From: an uncultured Myxococcales bacterium
GTDB lineage: Bacteria; Myxococcota; B64-G9
DNA length: 64,000 nucleotides
Direction: 5' to 3'
Assembly (NCBI GenBank): GCA_964640665.1
Contig: CAZXHT010000021.1
Location: 5,821 to 69,820, forward strand
Part shown: in pieces, positions 43,479 to 52,840 of the stretch
Layout of the letters: each line of letters begins with the position of its first letter
How positions within the stretch are numbered: the first letter of the stretch is position 1
Position numbers and translations under genes: made by a program
Notes under the pieces: generated by a model
The model's input: the letters and a program-made list of their open reading frames with translations, nothing else
The model's database searches: none
What the model was told of the DNA's origin: nothing

Positions 43479-45145
43479 TGAGCAAGACAACGAAGAAAAA
43501 CGTCCGCATAAGAAGCGACCACACCCGTTACGGCCTCCAGCACGAACTCGACCTCTACAAGGCTCTGGGCGATGTCGGTGGAAAGAACTTTTCGATCGAC
43601 AGGCTGCTGACTCGGTTTCTCTCGCGGGCGATGAAATTCTTCAAGACGAATGCCGGCACGATTTTCACAGTCGATGCGGGCAGCGGGGATCTGATCTTCA
43701 GAATAGTGCGCGGCCCGGCGCGCCGGAATCTGACCGCTAGGCGACTGCGCGCCGGGGAGGGCATCGCCGGCTGGGTAGCCAAGAGCGGCAAGCCCCGGCT
43801 GGCCAGGGACGTGCGCACCGATCCCCTATGGAAGAAATCGCTGGCCAGGGAGGCGGGCTTTCCCACCAAGGACATCCTGGCGGTTCCCATTCGCACGCGC
43901 TCCGGCGGCATCGTCGGAGTGATCGAATTGCTGAACAAACAGGTCCATCCGGGTTTTTCGCGTCAGGATCTCGACAACCTGACGAGCATCTCCGGGTCGG
44001 TCGGGGCCGTGCTGGAGAACGCCCGCCTGTGGGGAGAGGCCCGCCGGCGAAACAAGCAGCTTGCGCTGCTCAACAAGGTCGGCCACCTGATAAACTCCAG
44101 CCTCGATCCGCGCCAGGTACGTCTGAGGACGATCGACGCGGCCATTCGCCTGGTCGGGGCCGCGGCGGGCTCTCTTCTGCTGATCGACCAAGAAAGCGGC
44201 GAGCTGTTCTTTGAGGTGGCGCTGGGAGAAAGGGCGCGCAAGATCCGCAAGGTGCGCCTTGGCAAGGGAGAGGGAATAGCCGGTTGGGTGGTCAAGCACG
44301 GCAAGCCGGTCGTCATCCAGGACTGCTGCAAGGATCGACGCTTCAGTCAGAGGGTGGATCACGTCTCCAAGTTCGTCACCCGCGACATGATCTGCGCTCC
44401 GGTAAAGGTCAAGGGCAGAACGATCGGAGCCATCCAGGCGATCAACAAGAAAAGCGGCAGCTTCGACGACAAGGACATGGAGTTGTTCGTCCTGTTGGCC
44501 GATCAGGTCGGCGTCGCCATGGAAAACGCCCGCCTGTTCGAACGGCTCCAGCAAACCTTCCTGGAGACGTCCGAGGCACTGGCCGAGGCCATCGAGTTGC
44601 GTGACGCGTACACCGGCGGGCACACCCGGCGCGTGACCAGGTACTCACTGGCGACCGGGATTGAGTTGGGACTGGACGAGCCCGGGCTCGAAGAACTGCG
44701 CCTGGCGGCCATTCTACACGACATCGGTAAGCTGGGTGTGGATGACAACGTGTTGCGCAAGCCCGGGCGGCTCGACGAAAAGGAGTTCAGGCAGATGAAG
44801 AAACACCCCCGGTTGGGAGCGGCCATCCTCGATCGCGTCCAGTACCTAAGGCCGGTATTGCCCGGGATTCGCTCGCACCACGAACGTGTCGACGGCAGAG
44901 GCTACCCGGATGGATTGCGCGGCAAAAAGATTCCGCTGGTTGCGCGTATCATCGCCGTCGCCGACACTTATGATGCCATGACGTCCGATCGGCCCTACCG
45001 CAAGGGGCTCCCGAAAAAGACGGCCGTCCAGGAATTGGTCGACTGTTCCGGGGGTCAGTTCGATCGCCGTGTCGTCGAGGCCTTCCTGCGGGCCTACCGC
45101 TCGGGTACGATTACCGGGCGGCGCGAGCGGTTTCGCCTTCGCTAG
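43478..45145 (+). CDS. GAF-GAF-HD-GYP phosphodiesterase
   Basis: Two GAF repeats, RDAYTGGHTRRV, LHDIGK, HHERVDGRGYP, VADTYDAMTSDRPYR; TAATG-coupled. Confidence 0.93.
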   Translation: MSKTTKKNVRIRSDHTRYGLQHELDLYKALGDVGGKNFSIDRLLTRFLSRAMKFFKTNAGTIFTVDAGSGDLIFRIVRGPARRNLTARRLRAGEGIAGWVAKSGKPRLARDVRTDPLWKKSLAREAGFPTKDILAVPIRTRSGGIVGVIELLNKQVHPGFSRQDLDNLTSISGSVGAVLENARLWGEARRRNKQLALLNKVGHLINSSLDPRQVRLRTIDAAIRLVGAAAGSLLLIDQESGELFFEVALGERARKIRKVRLGKGEGIAGWVVKHGKPVVIQDCCKDRRFSQRVDHVSKFVTRDMICAPVKVKGRTIGAIQAINKKSGSFDDKDMELFVLLADQVGVAMENARLFERLQQTFLETSEALAEAIELRDAYTGGHTRRVTRYSLATGIELGLDEPGLEELRLAAILHDIGKLGVDDNVLRKPGRLDEKEFRQMKKHPRLGAAILDRVQYLRPVLPGIRSHHERVDGRGYPDGLRGKKIPLVARIIAVADTYDAMTSDRPYRKGLPKKTAVQELVDCSGGQFDRRVVEAFLRAYRSGTITGRRERFRLR

Positions 45146-45222
45146 ACGAAAGGGCTGGACAGGATGTGCCATTGAAAGTTACAAGGGTGTTGGCATAGAA
45201 CTCATTTCGGGAGCCAGGTTCA

Positions 45223-45873
45223 ATGAGCGGTGAGAGCGACAGGTTATTCGAGCGTTTCGGCAGGGAATTCCCGGCTGGAACGGTCGTGTTCAAGGAGGGC
45301 GACGTCGGCAACGAGATGTACGTCATCCAATCGGGCAAGGTCAACGTCACCAAGGCCGTACGTGGCGTCGAGAAAGTGCTGGTGACGCTTGGCGCGGGGG
45401 CTTTCTTCGGCGAGATGGCAATCATCAACCAGAAACCGCGATCGGCGTCCATTGTCGTGGTCGAGGACGCCCGCCTACTGGTGATTGGCCCCAAGACATT
45501 CGAAACGATGATCAGGGGCAACTCCGAGATTGCGGTGCGCATGATCAAGATCCTGGCACAGCGGCTGCAAGAGGCAGACGAGCAGATCGAGAACCTGATG
45601 CTCAGGGATCACAACAGCCGGGTTGTTCACTTTCTCACCCACCTGGCCGGCAAGGGCAAGCCGGTGGCAGGCGGCGTCTTCGTGGAGGTGGACGCCGCGG
45701 GCCTGGCGAGAAAGATCGGGCTGCAGGAAGAACAGGTCGGCGAAGTGCTCGGCAAGTTGATCAACGCCAAGCTGATTCGCGTCCAGGAAAGTGGCTACCT
45801 GATCCACGACGTGGGGCGCCTGCGCGAGTTTTTGGAGTTTCTGGAGATGAAGGAAAAGTTTGGGGACATCTAG
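45223..45873 (+). CDS. Crp/Fnr-family protein
   Basis: CNB with FFGEMA...PRSASI, C-helix, C-terminal winged-HTH-like region. Confidence 0.88.
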   Translation: MSGESDRLFERFGREFPAGTVVFKEGDVGNEMYVIQSGKVNVTKAVRGVEKVLVTLGAGAFFGEMAIINQKPRSASIVVVEDARLLVIGPKTFETMIRGNSEIAVRMIKILAQRLQEADEQIENLMLRDHNSRVVHFLTHLAGKGKPVAGGVFVEVDAAGLARKIGLQEEQVGEVLGKLINAKLIRVQESGYLIHDVGRLREFLEFLEMKEKFGDI

Positions 45874-45897
45874 CGCCGCGGGGCTATTCTTGCGGAA

Positions 45898-46674
45898 ATG
45901 CCTGCTCACCTGGAAATAGAGGTTCTCGGTTGTCATGGCGGTGAGATGGCGGGTTTCTTCACGCCTAGCCTGCTGATCGACCGGAACATAATGCTGGATG
46001 CCGGCTCCTTCGGTAGTATTTTGTCGCTTCAACAACAGCTCGAAATAGACCATTTTCTGATCAGTCACGCGCACAGCGATCACATCAAGGACCTGGCTTG
46101 CTTCGCCGACCTGGTCATCGGGAGAAGAAAGACCGCCGTCAAGGTACATGCCTCGCCCGGTGCCATGGAGGTGATCCGGGGCGATTTGTTCAACAATCGC
46201 ATGTGGCCCGATTTTTTCTCCCTCCCCAGTCCCGAGCATCCCGTTCTGAAGGCGGCCGTGTTCAAGCCGGGCAGCTCTTTCAAGGCGGGGCACCTGCGGG
46301 TGCATGCCATTCCGGTAAGTCACCCGGTTGAGTCGATGGCCTTCATCATCCGGGGGCCTGGGGGGTCCTTCGTCTATACCGGTGACACAGGGCCGACCGA
46401 TCGCCTGTGGAAATCGGTCAACAGGCTCAAGGATCTCAAGCTGTTGATGATCGAGTGCAAGTTTCCCAATGCGATGCAGATCATTGCCGAGGCGGCCGGC
46501 CATTTGACACCGCGCACACTGGCCAGTGAGCTTGCCAAGGTCCGCGACGATTCGGTGCCCGTCCTGCTCTACCACCTCAAGCCCGATCGCATGAGCGAGA
46601 TAGTGCAAGAGATTTCATCTCTCGGCGATTCCCGCCTCCATATCATGAAGATCGGCGAGCGGATCAGAGTGTGA
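45898..46674 (+). CDS. MBL-fold (class II-like) 3',5'-cyclic-nucleotide phosphodiesterase
   Basis: VLGCHGG, LDAGS, HAHSDHIKDL, SHPVES, YTGDTGP, HLTP, YHLKP. Confidence 0.8.
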   Translation: MPAHLEIEVLGCHGGEMAGFFTPSLLIDRNIMLDAGSFGSILSLQQQLEIDHFLISHAHSDHIKDLACFADLVIGRRKTAVKVHASPGAMEVIRGDLFNNRMWPDFFSLPSPEHPVLKAAVFKPGSSFKAGHLRVHAIPVSHPVESMAFIIRGPGGSFVYTGDTGPTDRLWKSVNRLKDLKLLMIECKFPNAMQIIAEAAGHLTPRTLASELAKVRDDSVPVLLYHLKPDRMSEIVQEISSLGDSRLHIMKIGERIRV

Positions 46675-46677
46675 TCG

Positions 46678-48039
46678 ATGCGCATCGAGCAGGTTACCTC
46701 CTTTCTCTACTCTTTGAAGCCCAAGGGCATCCGCTTCGGGTTGGAAAACACTCGTCTCGTGCTGGACAGGCTCGCCAGGCCCCAGGATGCTTTCGAGGTC
46801 GTTCATATCGCCGGCTCCAACGGCAAGGGCTCGACGGCCGCGTTCGTCGAGTCGATGCTGCTGAGTGGCGGGGTCCGGGTGGGGCTCTACACATCTCCAC
46901 ACCTCGATCATTATCGCGAGCGGTTTCGGGTGGCGGGTAGAGCCGTCGCCGATGCGGTTATCGAGCAGACCATGGATGTCATGCTGGCGGACGGCCTGGA
47001 TCTCGACCCAACCGAAGTCTCCGCCTGGATCGATGAGCGCGGTCTCGCAACCAAGATGGACTCGCGTCACTGGTATCACAATCGCGGCGAAGCCAGCCGG
47101 TTTTGCCGGCTGACTTTCTTCGAGTGCACTACTATCCTGGCCGCTCTGATCTTCGCTCGCCTGCGCGTCGAGGTGGCGGTGATGGAGTGCGGCATGGGAG
47201 GCCGTCTCGACGCCACGAATGTTTTTTCGCCGACGGTGGCCGCAATCGCCCCGGTTAGCCTGGAGCATACCGAATGGCTGGGAGACACGCTTGCGGCCGT
47301 TGCCGCGGAGAAGGCCGGGATCATCAAGCGGGACGTGCCGGTCGTTTGTGCCCGCCAGGAGCCCCAGGCCATGGAAGTGATCGCCGCTAAGGCCTGTGAA
47401 AACGGGGCACCGCTCTTCGTCATGGGCGATTCCTTCGACGCCGAGGGAGAATGGTCGCAGGCCGTGTTCAGGCTCGGCCAAGAGCGCCTGGGCCCGGTTC
47501 GATTGGGACTGGTCGGCCGGCACCAGGTGGATAACGCGGCCCTGGCGCTGGCCTGCCTGCGCTTTTCGTCGCCCGTACTTTTCCCCGGCCGGGACGCTGC
47601 TTGCGAAGGCCTGCGGAAAGCCAGATGGCCTGCACGCTTCGAAGTCTTGGGCGCCGACGGCGAGTGGATCCTCGACGGCGCTCACAACCCGGCGGGAGTG
47701 CATGTTCTGGTAACGACTGTCACGGACATCTTTCCCGATCGCAAGCTGCGGGTGGTGTTCGGTGTGCTCGGCGAGAAGGACGTCGAGTCGATGTTGCGCG
47801 AGATGGAGACCGTCAGCGAGTCGATCGAGCTTGTCATGCCGCCGGATGCCCGCGGGCGCGATCCGGCCGGGTTGGCGTCGCTGGTTCATAGGCCGCACGC
47901 CGTCCACGAATCGGTAGGCGCCGCGCTTTCCAAACTGGCGCGGCAAGAAGGGCCGCCGGTGCTGGTGACCGGTTCGTTGACCGTCGCAGGAGAGGCCAGG
48001 AGATGGTTGCTCGGGCGCAATGGTATCGACGCCTTATGA
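46678..48039 (+). CDS. folC: Folylpolyglutamate/dihydrofolate synthase
   Basis: HIAGSNGKGST, TSPHL, LTFFE, GMGGRLDATN, EKAGIIK, HQVDNA, LDGAHNP, VTGSL. Confidence 0.93.
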   Translation: MRIEQVTSFLYSLKPKGIRFGLENTRLVLDRLARPQDAFEVVHIAGSNGKGSTAAFVESMLLSGGVRVGLYTSPHLDHYRERFRVAGRAVADAVIEQTMDVMLADGLDLDPTEVSAWIDERGLATKMDSRHWYHNRGEASRFCRLTFFECTTILAALIFARLRVEVAVMECGMGGRLDATNVFSPTVAAIAPVSLEHTEWLGDTLAAVAAEKAGIIKRDVPVVCARQEPQAMEVIAAKACENGAPLFVMGDSFDAEGEWSQAVFRLGQERLGPVRLGLVGRHQVDNAALALACLRFSSPVLFPGRDAACEGLRKARWPARFEVLGADGEWILDGAHNPAGVHVLVTTVTDIFPDRKLRVVFGVLGEKDVESMLREMETVSESIELVMPPDARGRDPAGLASLVHRPHAVHESVGAALSKLARQEGPPVLVTGSLTVAGEARRWLLGRNGIDAL

Positions 48040-48043
48040 TGGG

Positions 48044-48083
48044 TTAATTGATATTAATTATGTATAATTATGCAAAATTTATA
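48044..48083. promoter_or_regulatory. About 10% GC tract of four phased 10-bp units
   Basis: TTAATTGATA TTAATTATGT ATAATTATGC AAAATTTATA (4 G/C in 40 nt). Confidence 0.55.
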
Positions 48084-48200
48084 GGTAAGAAACTTGTCCG
48101 GGGTGGGCAAGTGTGGTAGCGTCCTTGTGAGAAAGAAGCGAACGCAGCACCCACATTCCATAGTCGGGATGTGTTATTCGTTCCAGCCGGAGGGCCGAGC

Positions 48201-49676
48201 ATGTCTAATGGTAGAAGCGTGCGGGTAGGCGTGATTCTCTGTTTGCTTACTGGCGTCTGGGGCTTGCAGGTCGAGGCCGCCACGCAGAACCTGATCAGCG
48301 GCGTGCGCGTTACGCAGAACGGCCGGGACACGATTGTCGAGATTGCCAGTGAGCGGGCCCCGAATTTCACCACTTTCAAGCAGGACGTTCCCAGACGAGT
48401 AATTGTCGATGTCGCCGAATGCGGCTTGACCGGAGTTCCGGCACGCATTCTAGGAGACGGGCGGCTGGTTGCGGGTATATCCACCGCGCAGTTTGGCGGG
48501 GCCCCGCACGGGATCTCGCGGGTGGTGATCGGCTTACTCAAGGATGCCGAGTACCGGGTAACCATCCGTGGCGGTTCACTGTTCGTGCACATTTCGGAGG
48601 GGACAGGCGGCCTGCTGGTTTCGGCCGGGGTTCCGACCGCGCCACCGAGGAAAGTCAAGCCCGCCACGGTTGCCTACAACTCGTCGACCAATGACCCGCG
48701 GGATTTGGCCTTGGCCGAGGAACTCGCTCCGCCGAAAGCCGTAAACGCCGGTGAACCGGCCGGCGAACCGGCCAGCGATCCGGAGCCCACAAGCAAGAGC
48801 GTTCCTTCGGCGGACGAGGCCAGCCCGGAGATGACTATCGAGGTTCCTCCCGAGCCAGTCCCTCCCGAGACAGCCCCTCCCGAGAACTCCATCGATCGAG
48901 AGCCTGAGCCAATGAAGGTGGCCATGGTTTCAGAGACGGTCGAGCCGAGCCCGGTTGAATCGGCCGTGCCGCCGCCTGCCACGGAAGCGCCTGCGGCCCC
49001 GGCCGTGACAGTGGCTCAGGAAGATGACACGGGATCTTCGGCGGCGGGCGAGGAAGGTGATGAAGTTGAAGAAGTGGAAGAAGTTGAAGAAGTGGAAGAA
49101 GTGGAAGAAGTTCCGGTCGAGGTGATAGAAGAGCCTGCCGATTCGGGGGAAGCGGTCCCGCCGCCACCCGAGGAAGAAGTGACTCCGCCGCCTCCGCCGG
49201 AGGAAGAGGCTGTACCGCCGCCTCCGCCTGAGGAAGAAGCCGCACCGCCGCCTCCGCCACCCGAGGAAGAAGTGGCTCCGCCGCCCCCCCCGCCTCCCGT
49301 GGAAGAAGCAGTCCCGAGCGAGGAGAGGGTGGAAATCTCGTCGGCGATGAAGGACATGACCTGGGTGGGGTTCCAGCAAACTCGCGATGCCACGCGTGTC
49401 TACGTCAAGACGAACGAACAGGTTACCTACCGGGTTACCGAAGAGAGTGACAATCTCATCGTTCTCGAACTCGAAAACACCCGTATTCCCCTCAGGAACA
49501 ACAGCCGCTTTCTGGATACTCATTTCTTCGACTCGGCCGTCACCATGATCACACCGCACGAGATCGAGGGTGTCACACGCTCGGTACGCATCGAGATTCA
49601 GTTGAAGAACCGCGTGCCGTATAAGACGGTTCAGGAAGAGAACATGGTGTATGTCAATTTCGAAAGGTCCCAGTAA
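48201..49676 (+). CDS. AMIN - acidic Pro-rich linker - AMIN periplasmic protein
   Basis: Signal peptide; PRRVIVDV...SRVVIGL AMIN; C-terminal TRVYVKT...VRIEIQL AMIN; ATG 48201 with GGAGGG RBS. Confidence 0.8.
   Translation: MSNGRSVRVGVILCLLTGVWGLQVEAATQNLISGVRVTQNGRDTIVEIASERAPNFTTFKQDVPRRVIVDVAECGLTGVPARILGDGRLVAGISTAQFGGAPHGISRVVIGLLKDAEYRVTIRGGSLFVHISEGTGGLLVSAGVPTAPPRKVKPATVAYNSSTNDPRDLALAEELAPPKAVNAGEPAGEPASDPEPTSKSVPSADEASPEMTIEVPPEPVPPETAPPENSIDREPEPMKVAMVSETVEPSPVESAVPPPATEAPAAPAVTVAQEDDTGSSAAGEEGDEVEEVEEVEEVEEVEEVPVEVIEEPADSGEAVPPPPEEEVTPPPPPEEEAVPPPPPEEEAAPPPPPPEEEVAPPPPPPPVEEAVPSEERVEISSAMKDMTWVGFQQTRDATRVYVKTNEQVTYRVTEESDNLIVLELENTRIPLRNNSRFLDTHFFDSAVTMITPHEIEGVTRSVRIEIQLKNRVPYKTVQEENMVYVNFERSQ
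49062..49112 (+). repeat. 9-bp tandem repeat GAAGTKGAA x5.7 (EVE)
   Basis: Read directly from the sequence. Confidence 0.9.
49152..49316 (+). repeat. Five (A/V)x-polyPro-EE units with P4, P5, P5, P6, P7
   Basis: AVPPPPEEE VTPPPPPEEE AVPPPPPEEE AAPPPPPPEEE VAPPPPPPPVEE. Confidence 0.85.
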
Positions 49677-52116
49677 CCTGGCTTGTTCGGTCGGCCTGAC
49701 TTCAACCTATATCCTGATCATCATGGCAATGCTGTCGCCCATCCGGGTGGCGGCCGAGGAACGCCCTGGAGATCTTCGATGCCTGCGATCGCCTCCGGGG
49801 CGTGTACGTATCGAGGCCGGAACCCTCTGGGCCCGGACGAAAGGCGGGCCGGTGTTGCTGACCGGAGGGGTAGACATCAGTGGAGAGGGCCTTACGGCCC
49901 GCGCAGACTGGTTGGAGTATTATCCCGGGCAAGACAAGATCGTCATGGCCGGCTCGGTGCGGCTGGTAGAAGGCAATTCGATCCTGCTCGGCCAGCGGGT
50001 GGAACTTAATCGCCGTCTTTCAGGCGCCTTGGTTCGCGGCGCTATTGTCCTTGTTAAAGAAGGTGGCCGACGGGTTCTGTCCGCCGGGGCCACGGCGAGC
50101 GAACTCATGTCCGCGGGGATCAATGCCTTTACCCTGCAGGGCGAGCGTCTGGTTCGCTCCGAGGGACGTTACATTGTCAACGGCGCGCGCTTCACGGCCT
50201 GCGATTGCGGGTCGCAGGCTCCGTCGTGGGAGGTTCGGGCCAGCCGGGCCGACGTCGTGCCGGGCGAACGGGCCTGGTTGATATGGCCGGTACTCTACCT
50301 GAAAGGCCTGCCGGTCTTCGCTCTGCCGGCGGCCTATCTGCCGCTGAGCCGGCGCCGAACGGGTTTGTTGTTTCCTCAGTTGAACTACTCGGGTCGCGAC
50401 GGATTTGTTGTGGGAGAGTCGCTCTTCGTAACCATGGGACGCAGCGCGGACACGACCCTGTCCGTGGACTGGTTCGAGGAGCGCGGCTTCCGCGAGCGTG
50501 TGGAGTTCAGGGCGCGGCCGAGTTGGGCGAGTCTTGTGGAAGCAGGGTTGATGTACATGTACGACGAGAAGATGGCGCAAGAAGAGTCGACTGAACGCCT
50601 GCGGCATCGCTACTCTATAGAGGTCGACGCCCGGGCGGGTCCTGCCGCGGGAACATTTATCTCCGCCTCCATCCGCCTGTACTCGGACAGCAACATCAAT
50701 CGCGACTTCGCAAGCGAGATGGCCGGGCGGGCGGCCGACTTCGCGCCCTCGATGCTGCTTGTGGAACGTCCGGGAAATGACATGCGTCTTTCTGTAGACG
50801 CGACCTACCGCCAGGATCTCAGGCCCTGGGCGGCCGCTCTCTTCGCCTCCCAGGATGGAGATGCGGAAGGGAGCAAGACGCATGACACCATCCAGCGCCT
50901 GGGAGCATTTTCTATGAGCCTGGCACCGCTTGGGCCTTACGGCTGGCCGCTGTTGTTTTCGGCCGAGGTCGAGGGCGCCAACCTGTCATCGATCACGGCC
51001 GGCTTCAGGGATTGGGGCCCGGATGGCACGCCCGACGCCAAGGAGCCGCGCTACGCGGATCCGCTCGGCGCCGACTACGGAGCCGACAACGGGGCGGGTG
51101 GAGAAGCTGACGGAGTACTAGGTGTAGGCGAATTACGGCGCGCTTTCAGGTTGCTGATCGAGCCGCGTGTCAGCCTTCCGCTGCGGCTGGGTCGCTTTGC
51201 GATGCTTACGGCCACAGCCAGCCACCGCCAGATGGCCTACCTGCCGCACGGACCCGGGACTGAAACCGTGGACCCCGACCCGTCCACTCGCGGCCTGACC
51301 TTTGCTCAACTGTCATTGAACAGCGAGCTTTCGCGCTCCTATGGTACCGGTGATTCACGCATTGGGCACGTGCTGTCGCCATGGGTTCGCCTGCTGGGCG
51401 CCTGGCGAGGGCTCGAATCGAGCGGGCCGCTCGTCTATCTCGATTCGAAAGATCGCCTCATGGCGGATGCGCAACAACTCCTTTTCGGTCTGGACAACGC
51501 ATTTTACAGACGCGCTGCGAAGCGGGGCTTCAGCCGCTGGCTGTGGTTTTCGCTCATGCAGGGGGTCGACCCGGGAAGGGGTAAACTTTCGCAACTGGCC
51601 ACCGAGGTGAGCTTCACACTGAAACCGCTGACGGGCGACGCGCAACTCTCCTATGACTGGAACGAAAACAAGCTGGCCGAAGCCGACGCCGGCGTGAGCT
51701 TCACAGACCGGCGCGGCGACCGGGTGAAGGTTTCTTACCTCTACCTGCCTTCGGTGCGTGATCCCTCCGGGCGTCCCTTGCCGCTTGGCGAGCGAACGCA
51801 GCGCGAGGAGGGCTTGTTGTTCGGGGCGCCAGGCGAGTACTACCGCGCGCTGGGGGAGAGCCTGCACGTGATCGAGGCGACCGCCACGGCGGAGTTGGCC
51901 TGGGGCCTGGCGGTCAGCCTGGGAGGAAGCCTCGACCTGAGGGAGACGGCTTTAGCCTGGTACGGCGGCGGTGTCCGCTATCAGTCGAATTGCCATTGTT
52001 GGGGATTCTCGTTGACGGCACGCATGCTGCGCGGCCAGGATTTTCCCGACATATTCTTCCTGTTGGACCTGGCTTACCTGGGCGCAGCCGGGGTGGGAAA
52101 CAATACGCGCTTCTGA
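49651..52116 (+). CDS. lptD: LPS-assembly protein LptD
   Basis: OstA-like N-domain, FTACDCG...PSWEVRA, LPVFALP, RRTGLLFP, barrel ending YQSNCHCWGF. Confidence 0.85.
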   Translation: MSISKGPSNLACSVGLTSTYILIIMAMLSPIRVAAEERPGDLRCLRSPPGRVRIEAGTLWARTKGGPVLLTGGVDISGEGLTARADWLEYYPGQDKIVMAGSVRLVEGNSILLGQRVELNRRLSGALVRGAIVLVKEGGRRVLSAGATASELMSAGINAFTLQGERLVRSEGRYIVNGARFTACDCGSQAPSWEVRASRADVVPGERAWLIWPVLYLKGLPVFALPAAYLPLSRRRTGLLFPQLNYSGRDGFVVGESLFVTMGRSADTTLSVDWFEERGFRERVEFRARPSWASLVEAGLMYMYDEKMAQEESTERLRHRYSIEVDARAGPAAGTFISASIRLYSDSNINRDFASEMAGRAADFAPSMLLVERPGNDMRLSVDATYRQDLRPWAAALFASQDGDAEGSKTHDTIQRLGAFSMSLAPLGPYGWPLLFSAEVEGANLSSITAGFRDWGPDGTPDAKEPRYADPLGADYGADNGAGGEADGVLGVGELRRAFRLLIEPRVSLPLRLGRFAMLTATASHRQMAYLPHGPGTETVDPDPSTRGLTFAQLSLNSELSRSYGTGDSRIGHVLSPWVRLLGAWRGLESSGPLVYLDSKDRLMADAQQLLFGLDNAFYRRAAKRGFSRWLWFSLMQGVDPGRGKLSQLATEVSFTLKPLTGDAQLSYDWNENKLAEADAGVSFTDRRGDRVKVSYLYLPSVRDPSGRPLPLGERTQREEGLLFGAPGEYYRALGESLHVIEATATAELAWGLAVSLGGSLDLRETALAWYGGGVRYQSNCHCWGFSLTARMLRGQDFPDIFFLLDLAYLGAAGVGNNTRF

Positions 52117-52120
52117 GTGT

Positions 52121-52744
52121 TCAGTCTTTCCGGCGGATGCCGTCGAGGAACATCTTGACCAGGCTCGATTTAAGCGCTTCGAAATCGTCCGCGCCGGGGG
52201 TAAGGGTGTTCAACAGATATCCGGTCAGGACGAGTTCAAGTGCACCGAAGAAACAGTAGGCCATGAACTTGGGGTCGAGACCGGGCTGGATTTCGCCTGT
52301 TTTCTGGTGATCTTCCAGGATCTCGGCCAGGCGGTTGAAGACCCTCTCGTAGACCTCGATCTGGGGCTTTTTCAAGAACTTCGAGGATCGTGCGATCTCG
52401 ATCACCGTTACCTGGATGATCTCCGGTGCAAGCCGATATGCATCGCAGATGAACGAAACTATTGCCAGAAGCCTTTCATCGAGGCTTTCGGACTGTTCGA
52501 CGGTGGTGTCGATTACCTTGCTCAGAAGCCCCCAGTTCTCGTCGAAGATCGAGCTGAGGATCTCTTCCTTGTTCTCGAAGTAGTGATAGACCAGTCCGTA
52601 GGCCACCTCGGCCTCGGTCGCTATGTCCGATATCCGGCAGCGGGCAAAGCCCTTCCTGGCAAAAACGGTGACCGCCGCCTTCAGAATCTTGCGCCTCTTT
52701 TTCTGGGTTGCGCTCTTGCGGTTTCTTGTAGTGCTTTTGGCCAT
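52121..52744 (-). CDS. TetR/AcrR family regulator
   Basis: ILKAAVTVFARKGF...ISDIATEAEVAYGLVYHYFENKEEIL. Confidence 0.93.
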   Translation of the reverse strand: MAKSTTRNRKSATQKKRRKILKAAVTVFARKGFARCRISDIATEAEVAYGLVYHYFENKEEILSSIFDENWGLLSKVIDTTVEQSESLDERLLAIVSFICDAYRLAPEIIQVTVIEIARSSKFLKKPQIEVYERVFNRLAEILEDHQKTGEIQPGLDPKFMAYCFFGALELVLTGYLLNTLTPGADDFEALKSSLVKMFLDGIRRKD

Positions 52745-52764
52745 CTGTAGTTTGCCTGAAAAAG

Positions 52765-52780
52765 TTGACGCCCGTGTCAA
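52765..52780. promoter_or_regulatory. Putative TetR operator
   Basis: TTGAC-N6-GTCAA between the divergent tetR and OMP genes; a second TGTCAA half-site at 52812-52817. Confidence 0.4.
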
Positions 52781-52840
52781 AAAATGGCATTTAGCTCCGA
52801 CTGGCGCATGCTGTCAATTGTTTTTATTAGGAGGAGCGAT

